From Candidatus Pacearchaeota archaeon UBA92 (lineage in GTDB: Archaea > Nanobdellota > Nanobdellia > Pacearchaeales > GW2011-AR1), in assembly GCA_002497285.1 (NCBI GenBank), contig DANJ01000007.1:205-64204 (forward strand): DNA of 64,000 bases, in the 5' to 3' direction. The translations under genes were made by a program, and so were the position numbers. Each line of letters opens with the position of its first letter. Position 1 is the first letter of the stretch. This document shows positions 16,499 through 24,451 of this stretch, piece after piece. A model generated the notes under the pieces. That model saw nothing but the letters and a program-made list of their open reading frames with translations. It was not told the DNA's origin and did not search any database.

Positions 16499-18553
16499 AT
16501 GACTACACGGAGAAGCGAGCTCTCAGCAGAAACACGTACAGCCAGAGAAGTTAGTGACCGATTCAAAAGTTTATTCGTTTTACAATCAGCTGACAACCCT
16601 CCTATTGTTTATACTAGAAGGGGAGACACACCGAGAGTCCTTTTCGGTTATTTTAACGCTCTTGAGGAAGGATTCATTCATCCAGGTCTTTCGGTTTTGG
16701 GTGGAATGATGAGAGACCATGGCATAGACCACGAATTATTCGACACAAGTTTTTGGAGAGATGAAAGCTTACCAGTAGCAGAAAATGCAAGGCAGATAAG
16801 AGAAAGGATGGGAGAATTCAAGAGAGTTGAGGGCTATGATCCGGAGAGAAAACCAGTAAACATTAGAGAAAAATTCAGAGAACATGTGGAAAGATTCAGA
16901 CCAGATTTAATTGCACTTGGTTTAACAAGTTTTGAATTTGAAGAAGCCTTGAACTATGTGACTCCAGTTGCAAAAGAATTCGGAATTCCTGTTATGGTTG
17001 GAGGACCACATGCTACAGTAGCTCCAGATAAAGCAATCTTACATCCCGGAGTAGATCTGGTTTGTATAGGCGATGGAGAATTGCCTTTGTTGTCTACTAT
17101 AAGGGGTATAAATCAAGGAAAGAGTGTAAGCAATGTCCCAGGATTATGGCTTAAAGATAGAGAATCTGGAAATGTCTCAAAGAACCCAAGAGGGAAAGGC
17201 ATAGAACATTTAGATGACCTGCCTCTTCCAGATTGGGATATGTTTGATTCAAGGCATAGAGTTAGACCCTTCGAAGGTCAGCTCAAAAATTATGCATATA
17301 TCGAAATAAGCAGAGGATGTCCTTTCAAATGTTCTTACTGTATCCAACCTGTTTTACATGAGATCCCTGGAGATGATAGTAGCAATTACAAATTTCATAC
17401 TGCTGAAAACATCATCTCACGAGTTGTTGCCATGAAGGAAAGATTTGGATTTAATCACGTCCAGTTGATAGATGAGAATCTTCCAACGATGCCTCTAAAA
17501 GATTTAGAAGAGATAGGTAATTTATGGGAAAAACACGTTAACCCAAATGGAGACGTCACGATATTTACGATGAGCAGACCAGAATACCTTGTCAGAAAAC
17601 TTTCAACAGGTAAATGGATTGACGATAATGGGGGTGTAATCTCTTCCGGAAAAGCAGAAATATTGAAGAGGATGGGCGTAAAAATGATTGCTATCGGAGC
17701 AGAATCCGGAAGTGAATGGCTTAGGGAAAATGTTCTTCGCAGGCCAATGCAGCCGGGAATTTTAGAAGCAGCATCAAGAGTTCTAAAAAATGTAGGAATC
17801 AAAACCTCTTTGTATAATATTATGGGTTTTCCAGAAGAAACAAGAGAGATGGTACTTGAAACAATAGATCAGCTAAGAAGAATTTCGCCAGAAAAATATT
17901 CTGTAAGATTTCTTACTCCTTATCCTGGAACTCCCATAAGGGAATATGCAATCCAAAGAGGATTTATAGAAGAAGATTATGAAAAAAAACGTGCTACTTC
18001 ATTTCTTCATGAACCTGTTTTAGAAACTGATGGAAAATCAACAATAACTGGCGGAGTTCATCCTACAAAAGCAGAACTTCTAAAATTAAGAGAATTGTTT
18101 GGAGTTTATGGGTATAGCACTTCCGGAGGATATGATCCAGAGACTCAAAAAATGGTGGGTATGTGGAAAGTTATAGAACTTGCCGAAGATAGGGGATTAT
18201 CAAAAGGAAATTCAGAATTACAAAATATGGTTCATCAAGCTTTCGCCACTGCTCGAGCAAACAGATCTGAAGATGAAGATTCTCATAGACCAGATTTAGA
18301 TACTCGAACCATTGGATCCGAAGATATCCCTTGGGCAAATGGAGACGCAAGATACTTTATAGGGCATTCAAAAGCGCTTCTTCCAGTAGTTCAGTTAGCC
18401 GCAGGGTTAAGTTACGCAGAAAGAACTACAGGTTTAGCGGATTTAGTAAGGACTGGTTTCATGGAGGATTACGAACAGAGACAAGGAAGAGCAATACAAT
18501 TAGACGAGAGACAACAAGATAGAATAGGCATTATGACTTCAGGTAGAGGCTAA
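16499..18553 (+). CDS. Cobalamin-binding-domain radical SAM protein (class B-like) with unassigned N- and C-terminal extensions
   Basis: B12-binding-like Rossmann segment (RPDLIALGLTSFEF..PVMVGGPHATV..DLVCIGDGE). Radical SAM motif CPFKCSYC at nt 17318-17341. 684 aa, with markedly higher GC than its neighbours. Confidence 0.75.
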   Translation: MTTRRSELSAETRTAREVSDRFKSLFVLQSADNPPIVYTRRGDTPRVLFGYFNALEEGFIHPGLSVLGGMMRDHGIDHELFDTSFWRDESLPVAENARQIRERMGEFKRVEGYDPERKPVNIREKFREHVERFRPDLIALGLTSFEFEEALNYVTPVAKEFGIPVMVGGPHATVAPDKAILHPGVDLVCIGDGELPLLSTIRGINQGKSVSNVPGLWLKDRESGNVSKNPRGKGIEHLDDLPLPDWDMFDSRHRVRPFEGQLKNYAYIEISRGCPFKCSYCIQPVLHEIPGDDSSNYKFHTAENIISRVVAMKERFGFNHVQLIDENLPTMPLKDLEEIGNLWEKHVNPNGDVTIFTMSRPEYLVRKLSTGKWIDDNGGVISSGKAEILKRMGVKMIAIGAESGSEWLRENVLRRPMQPGILEAASRVLKNVGIKTSLYNIMGFPEETREMVLETIDQLRRISPEKYSVRFLTPYPGTPIREYAIQRGFIEEDYEKKRATSFLHEPVLETDGKSTITGGVHPTKAELLKLRELFGVYGYSTSGGYDPETQKMVGMWKVIELAEDRGLSKGNSELQNMVHQAFATARANRSEDEDSHRPDLDTRTIGSEDIPWANGDARYFIGHSKALLPVVQLAAGLSYAERTTGLADLVRTGFMEDYEQRQGRAIQLDERQQDRIGIMTSGRG

Positions 18554-18571
18554 ATTTAAAAAAGTGTTTAA

Positions 18572-19315
18572 ATGAAAGAAACTTACTCAGAGTTTAGAAA
18601 GACTCAACAGGATTACGCCAAAAAACATAATTACGGGTTTGGCATCATCAAAAATGCAACCTTCGAATCAGCGATTTTTATCGCATACTATCTTAGAAAC
18701 ACATTCATAACTGCCAATATTATTACTACATTGAATCTTCTATTATGGCTCATTCTGCCTTTTTTATTTCTTAAAGGAACAATATCTCTTGCTATTTGGT
18801 CTATTGTTTTAATGATTCTCACAAATTATTTGGATTTCATAGACGGAGTTTTTGCGCGAGTTCAAGGAACACAGTCAAGAGGGGGAGGGTATTTTGACTC
18901 CTTTGTACATGCAGTCACACTTCCAATAATTATGACTTGTTTCGGATATTATTCTTATTTACAATCCGGACATTTCTATGATATTTTTACAGGTTTAGCA
19001 ATAGGTTTGTGGTATCCTTACTTCTTCTTATTTGAATCAATGGCTGTATTTGTCTTAGTTCATAATCCCAAACCTATAAAATACAAAATGGATAACTTAA
19101 GTGTTAAAACCAAAAGCAATAAATCCAGTCCATTAAACCTAATAAAACGGATAATCTCTCGGATTTACGGACCTCCAGAACTATTCTGGGTTCTTTTAGT
19201 CGTTGTGCTTCTGGGAATCACACATTACTATCTCTTAATATTTTCTATCATTGCAGTTCTTTCAGTTCTGTACAAATTCTACAACAATTATAAACATCTG
19301 AGAAAGATAAGATAA
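18572..19315 (+). CDS. CDP-alcohol phosphatidyltransferase family protein (non-canonical fourth motif residue)
   Basis: Multi-pass membrane protein with DFIDGVFAR-x8-GGYFDSFVH (nt 18833-18910), matching D-x2-D-G-x2-A-R...G-x3-D-x3-(D) except His at the last position. Confidence 0.75.
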   Translation: MKETYSEFRKTQQDYAKKHNYGFGIIKNATFESAIFIAYYLRNTFITANIITTLNLLLWLILPFLFLKGTISLAIWSIVLMILTNYLDFIDGVFARVQGTQSRGGGYFDSFVHAVTLPIIMTCFGYYSYLQSGHFYDIFTGLAIGLWYPYFFLFESMAVFVLVHNPKPIKYKMDNLSVKTKSNKSSPLNLIKRIISRIYGPPELFWVLLVVVLLGITHYYLLIFSIIAVLSVLYKFYNNYKHLRKIR

Positions 19316-19498
19316 TCAAAACAAACTATAAATAAAAGGACTCAATGCAGAGCTCTGTCCGAATATTATCAATATACCTACTAAAACGATCATGATTATA
19401 ATTGGAGTAAGCCACCATTTCTTCCTGATTTTCATATAACTCCAAAATTCTCCGATCATACCCTTATTGGTGCCTTCCATTTTAAAGCCAATTTTCAA
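19316..19498 (-). CDS. DUF5989/SxtK-like small membrane protein
   Basis: 60 aa. The FWSYMKIRKKWWLTPIIIMIVLVGILIIFGQSSALSPFIYSLF pattern matches my memory of the DUF5989 consensus (..RKK.WLLPII......G.......S...PFIYTLF). Confidence 0.6.
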   Translation of the reverse strand: MKIGFKMEGTNKGMIGEFWSYMKIRKKWWLTPIIIMIVLVGILIIFGQSSALSPFIYSLF

Positions 19499-19500
19499 GT

Positions 19501-20619
19501 TTATTTAAACTTTTCTTTTTCTGAAAATATATTAACAATCTTGTTCGCAACAATATCATTACCCAAGCCATTTAAATGTGCAAAATCAATATAAACGTCC
19601 CTCTTTTCTTGAGAAAAGACGTTTGAAATATCATAAAAATTAATTTCTTCATTTATCTCTGGAATTTTAGGATAGGTTTCCAAGTAAAGAGGTTTAACAT
19701 TTTCCAAGATTACCGATTTTTCTCCATCTGTAAGTGGCTTATCTAAGTAGATTATTGGTTGCCAGAAAAAGTAAGTCTTAAAACCATATTCTTTTTCAAG
19801 CGATTTCACAATTCTTAGGTTTTCAAAATAAACATTCACAATCTCATCACCAAGTTTTTCATTTTCAGCAGATTTGTCTTCTTTACCCTTGAAAATTCTT
19901 TTACTAATGCCTCTTATTATTGTCATCGTATCACTATAGTAAATGTATCCTCCCAAATTTAATCTGTCTTTTTTATTGAATTCGGCTTTTCTGTTAGCCA
20001 CATTTTGAGGTAATCCTGCTTCATTATTTTGAAAAGCAGAATAAACTTCATTTACACCATCATAAAAAATTACATAGTCAGGGACATTTCCATTTCTAAG
20101 TTCTAACTCAAGTCTTACTATTTCTTTAGTATTTTCATATCCAGAAACTCCAAAGTTTGTAACTTCTACTCTAACTCCTTGATCACATAGGTCTTTGGAC
20201 ATCAAAGAAGCAATAGTGTTTTCATCACCTACTCCTCCAAATGCAGTAGACCCTCCCAAGACAAATATTTTAATAGCACCAGGTCCAGAACAATCATTAA
20301 TAGTTTTCCTAAGTGAATTCTCATCAGTATTCATAAAATTCCCTGTGAAATTTGGCTCTGGAAGATATTCTATATATGGACTGTATATTGCTTGCAAGGA
20401 AGTTACTTCATCTAAATAACTATTAGCTACAGATTTTGAAGAAAATGCATCGTAGTTTATTTGAGCACCACTCCCATAATAATACCAATTAACAAAGATG
20501 CCAGAAAAGAATTCTAGGACTATAAGCAGAATTACAATAACAAACAGATTCCAAAGAGCAAAAGTAATCACATTATGTGTAGTCCTTAAAATGCGCCTAA
20601 TCCTTGGCATATTTTTCAC
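19501..20619 (-). CDS. Membrane-anchored SGNH/GDSL-fold hydrolase or acyltransferase-like protein
   Basis: N-terminal TM segment. SGNH-like blocks LGGSTAFG (Ser), YDGVNE (G-x-N) and DFAH (D-x2-H). Confidence 0.6.
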   Translation of the reverse strand: MKNMPRIRRILRTTHNVITFALWNLFVIVILLIVLEFFSGIFVNWYYYGSGAQINYDAFSSKSVANSYLDEVTSLQAIYSPYIEYLPEPNFTGNFMNTDENSLRKTINDCSGPGAIKIFVLGGSTAFGGVGDENTIASLMSKDLCDQGVRVEVTNFGVSGYENTKEIVRLELELRNGNVPDYVIFYDGVNEVYSAFQNNEAGLPQNVANRKAEFNKKDRLNLGGYIYYSDTMTIIRGISKRIFKGKEDKSAENEKLGDEIVNVYFENLRIVKSLEKEYGFKTYFFWQPIIYLDKPLTDGEKSVILENVKPLYLETYPKIPEINEEINFYDISNVFSQEKRDVYIDFAHLNGLGNDIVANKIVNIFSEKEKFK

Positions 20620-22369
20620 TATCCCACGCGTGTTTGAGATTGTCCTCCCTCTTAATAATAAACTTATCCATTATTAAATAATCTATACCTGTCCCCATCA
20701 TGCATTTATAAGCATCATAAGGTGTACAGACTATTGGCTCTCCTCGTATGTTAAAAGAAGTATTAATTAAAATCGGTATTCCCGAAATTTTTCCAAACTC
20801 TTTTATCAAATCATAATAAAGGGAGTTTTGGTTTCTCTTTATTGTTTGCAATCTTCCTGAACCGTCAACGTGAGTTACTGCAGGGATAACGCTATGCCAT
20901 TTCTTTTTTATTGGATAAACCATGAGCATATAATCAACCGGGTCTGGCAAAGGTTTATCACATTCAAAGTATTTTCCAGCATCCTCTGCGCAAACTACCG
21001 GAGCAAAAGGTCTAAACTTTTCTCTGTGTTTTACCTTAGAATTCAAAACTTCTTGCATTTTTGGATTAGTTGGATCAGAAAGAATACTTCTTGCTCCAAG
21101 AGCTCTTGGCCCCCATTCCATCCTTCCCTGAAACCATCCAATAACATTGCTTTCCGAAATAAGCTTCGCAGTTGTTTTGACAAGTTCTTTTTCATTTTTA
21201 AACTCTGAATATTTAATCTCACTGTCTTCAAGGAATTTCTTCACATCAGAAGTAGAAAATTCAGGACCGAGATAAGCATTATTGAATACATAATTTCTCT
21301 CATTTCCTAGAAGTGTGTGATAAATATAAGAGGCGACACCAATGCTTGTTCCTCCATCAGATGAATTTGGCTGAATCCATATCTTTTTAAAAGGGGTATT
21401 TTTCAAAATTTTACCATTATAAACACTATTGAGCGCGACTCCTCCAGCGATTACAATATTTTTACTTTTTGTTTCATTATGTACATGATTTAATATTTTT
21501 GTTATAATCTCTTCAGTAATCATCTGAAGTGCCGCTGCAATATCTTTATGTCTCTGTGTCATTTCTTCTCCTCTTTTTGAGATAGGTCCTTCCAAAAGGA
21601 CACATAGTTTTTTAGAAGGCATTCTATCATAATAATGATAAACAAAATAACTCATATCTAACTTGTAACTTCCATCATCTTTTACATCCATAACTTTCTT
21701 AAGTTTTCGATAGTAAGGATTTGTTTTCTTATTCATGTTTCCATATGGGCTCAAACCCATTACTTTGTACTCAGAATTATTAACGCTAAATCCAAGATAT
21801 GCAGTTATAGTTGAATACAATAACCCTATAGAATGAGGGAATCTAATCTCTTTCAGAAGGGTTATATCCTTGTCTTTACCAAAACCATAAGTAGTAGTAG
21901 TCCATTCTCCGACACCATCGATAGTAAGTATTGCAGCCTCTTTGAATGGACTCACAAGGAAACTGCTTGCGGCATGAGCCAGATGATGTTCAATGAATAA
22001 TATTGGTTTTTTACATTTCATCTTCTTTTTCATAATTTTTGTTACTCTCAACTTTTCATTAAACCATGAAGGCAATGCAGACACAAAGGTTTTGTAGCTT
22101 TTAGGAAAAGAATCTAAGTGTTGGTATAAAACTCTTTCAAATTTCAAAAATGGTTTTTCATAAAACCCAACATAATCCAAGTCATTTATCTTGATATTTT
22201 GACTTTTAAGGCAATACTTTATAGCATTAGCAGGAAAAGACGTATCATGTTTTTTTCGGGTAAATCTCTCTTCTTCAGCAGCTGCAACAATTACTCCATC
22301 TTTCAGTAAAGCAGCAGAAGCATCATGGTAAAAACAGCTTATTCCTAGAACATATGTACTTTTATCCAT
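20597..22369 (-). CDS. Carbamoyltransferase (NodU/CmcH family)
   Basis: N-terminal YVLGISCFYHDASAAL, HHLAHAASSF, a C-terminal domain with GPRALGARSIL and NTSFNIRGEPIV. ATG at 22369 chosen because it abuts the upstream stop. Confidence 0.85.
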   Translation of the reverse strand: MDKSTYVLGISCFYHDASAALLKDGVIVAAAEEERFTRKKHDTSFPANAIKYCLKSQNIKINDLDYVGFYEKPFLKFERVLYQHLDSFPKSYKTFVSALPSWFNEKLRVTKIMKKKMKCKKPILFIEHHLAHAASSFLVSPFKEAAILTIDGVGEWTTTTYGFGKDKDITLLKEIRFPHSIGLLYSTITAYLGFSVNNSEYKVMGLSPYGNMNKKTNPYYRKLKKVMDVKDDGSYKLDMSYFVYHYYDRMPSKKLCVLLEGPISKRGEEMTQRHKDIAAALQMITEEIITKILNHVHNETKSKNIVIAGGVALNSVYNGKILKNTPFKKIWIQPNSSDGGTSIGVASYIYHTLLGNERNYVFNNAYLGPEFSTSDVKKFLEDSEIKYSEFKNEKELVKTTAKLISESNVIGWFQGRMEWGPRALGARSILSDPTNPKMQEVLNSKVKHREKFRPFAPVVCAEDAGKYFECDKPLPDPVDYMLMVYPIKKKWHSVIPAVTHVDGSGRLQTIKRNQNSLYYDLIKEFGKISGIPILINTSFNIRGEPIVCTPYDAYKCMMGTGIDYLIMDKFIIKREDNLKHAWDSEKYAKD

Positions 22370-22370
22370 T

Positions 22371-22616
22371 TTAAAATTGCCTATAATATTCCTCCATTTT
22401 TTTCTTTCCAAGGTTAAAATCGAGCCAATAAGTGCCCTTACTAGCTTCTCCCTCTAGAAACTTCTTTTTTCCAATTTTTCCTATTACAGAAGTAATGCCC
22501 ACGCCAAAGATATAAACAATAGTTAAAAGAATAGAATTGATAACAATTCCAATATTCTCTCCAAAAGCCTTTTGACCCTTCTTAAATCCTATAAAAAAAT
22601 CCTTAAACATGCTCAT
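22371..22616 (-). CDS. SxtJ-like small membrane protein, C-terminal-half equivalent
   Basis: 81 aa with a hydrophobic hairpin followed by GKKKFL...TYWLDF......YYRQF. This resembles the C-terminal part of SxtJ-family proteins as I remember them. Confidence 0.45.
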   Translation of the reverse strand: MSMFKDFFIGFKKGQKAFGENIGIVINSILLTIVYIFGVGITSVIGKIGKKKFLEGEASKGTYWLDFNLGKKKMEEYYRQF

Positions 22617-22819
22617 TTTAGCAGTTCCCTAATTAAACTCCCTATTAGAGATATTAATAAACCTATTGCTAATATATGGATATAGCCCCATCCTTCAGGA
22701 AGTTTATTCAAGTAGCTAAGAACAAAAAATAAGATTATTGTAAATATCAAATACGCAACTAAATAACCAAGAAAATTGCCTATTTTTTCAGATAGACTCT
22801 CTTTATCCAATTTTAGCAT
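22613..22819 (-). CDS. Small two-TM membrane protein (possible SxtJ N-terminal-half equivalent)
   Basis: 68 aa with two hydrophobic segments. ATGA overlap (22613-22616) with the downstream ORF. Confidence 0.4.
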   Translation of the reverse strand: MLKLDKESLSEKIGNFLGYLVAYLIFTIILFFVLSYLNKLPEGWGYIHILAIGLLISLIGSLIRELLK

Positions 22820-22894
22820 TCAATTATACCCGATCCTTCATTTATAAATTTTTTCAGGAATAACCTTTAATAACGTCTATCGTTTAAGAGATTA

Positions 22895-24379
22895 ATGGTA
22901 AAAGAAAAAGGAAACAGGGTTTTAGCTAACTCTTTCTTCAATATTATTTCAGTAATAATAAACAGAGGAGGAGGAATAGTTTTCACAATTATACTGGCAA
23001 GAATATTAAACCCTGAACTTTTTGGATTATACAACCTAACCCTTTCAGTCGCCTTAACTCTGATGTCTCTTGGCAATTTTGGAATAGATGAAGCTGCTTC
23101 CAGATATATCTCTGCAAACTATAAAAAGAACAAAAATAAAGCAAAAGCATACTTCGACTATCTATTAAAATTAAAAGTAGTTATACTCATATCTGCAGCA
23201 GCAATTTTAATCTTATTTGCACAACCAATATCTTCATTTTATAAAACTCCTGATTTACAATTCCCCTTGTTTATGTCAGCAATTTACTTAGTTATCATGT
23301 CTCTATCTCAATTTATTTCTTATCTATTTTACACTTTTGAAAATGTTAAGGTATTTGCTATAAGGGAAACAATATTTCAAGGATTAAGAGTCTCTCTCCT
23401 CCCATTAATCTTTTTTGCCACAGTGGCATATAGAGTAAGTGGTGTTTTTGTAGTGCTTACAGTTGTGGCATTATTCAGTTTGTTTTTCTCACTTTTTGTA
23501 TTGTCAAAAAAATACAAATTCTTATTTAAAAAAACCAAGGAAACAAAGATAAACAAAGGAGAGGTTTTCAATTATCTAAAATTTCTAGCTCTTGGCTCAT
23601 TAACTGGAGCTTTCTTTCTCTACATAGATGTATTAATTCTCGGAAAATTCGTATCTCTTGAATTTCTCGGATTTTATAGGGCAGCGTCTGCGATCGTTCT
23701 AAGCGTTATTGGTTTAGTAACAATTGTTCCAGTTTTATATCCCCTTTTGTCACAAAATTCAAATATGAAGTTAAACAACTTATTCAACAAATCAATTCAT
23801 TATTCCTCAATAATCACGATTCCAGCCTCAATAGGATTATTATTTATTGCCAAACCTTTCATAGAACTAATTTATGGAGTCCAATACATTCCTTCAGCCA
23901 TTCCCCTATATGTACTTTCTCTTCTGATTTTCTCAGCCGGAACAGGTGACTTGTTTACTTCAGTTTTAAATGCCAAGGGAAAGTCAAAATACACAGCCAA
24001 TGCTCTTATAATCTCAACAATATTGAACATAATACTCAACTTTTTACTAATAATTTTATTACTACCCCTCGGAGAAATATATGCAGTATTGGGAGCAGCG
24101 GTAGCAACAATACTCACTAGATACCTTAATTTCTTCATGGTTGCAATATTTTCAAGAAAACTGTTAAATCTCAAGGCAAGCTATTCAACTTTTATCAAAC
24201 CTCTAATTTCTAGCTCTATTATGGCACTGTATTTAGTGGGATTCAACAGGATAATAAATGTTAAAACTAACCTCTTAATACTAGTTATAGAAATTATCAC
24301 GGCAGCAGTAGTTTATTTCTTAGTTTTATTCCTAATAAAAGGGATAAGCAAGAAAGATTTCAAAGCTCTGAAAAGATAA
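22895..24379 (+). CDS. Oligosaccharide/polysaccharide flippase (Wzx/MOP superfamily)
   Basis: 494 aa, about 12-14 TM segments, typical polysaccharide-biosynthesis-protein N-terminus (NSFFNIISVIINRGGGIVFTIILARIL). Confidence 0.75.
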   Translation: MVKEKGNRVLANSFFNIISVIINRGGGIVFTIILARILNPELFGLYNLTLSVALTLMSLGNFGIDEAASRYISANYKKNKNKAKAYFDYLLKLKVVILISAAAILILFAQPISSFYKTPDLQFPLFMSAIYLVIMSLSQFISYLFYTFENVKVFAIRETIFQGLRVSLLPLIFFATVAYRVSGVFVVLTVVALFSLFFSLFVLSKKYKFLFKKTKETKINKGEVFNYLKFLALGSLTGAFFLYIDVLILGKFVSLEFLGFYRAASAIVLSVIGLVTIVPVLYPLLSQNSNMKLNNLFNKSIHYSSIITIPASIGLLFIAKPFIELIYGVQYIPSAIPLYVLSLLIFSAGTGDLFTSVLNAKGKSKYTANALIISTILNIILNFLLIILLLPLGEIYAVLGAAVATILTRYLNFFMVAIFSRKLLNLKASYSTFIKPLISSSIMALYLVGFNRIINVKTNLLILVIEIITAAVVYFLVLFLIKGISKKDFKALKR

Positions 24380-24451
24380 CTAATCTTAAAATTTTCTAAG
24401 TATATAACTCCCTATAGATAACTTTAAGAATAACCCCTATTGTCTTTTATT

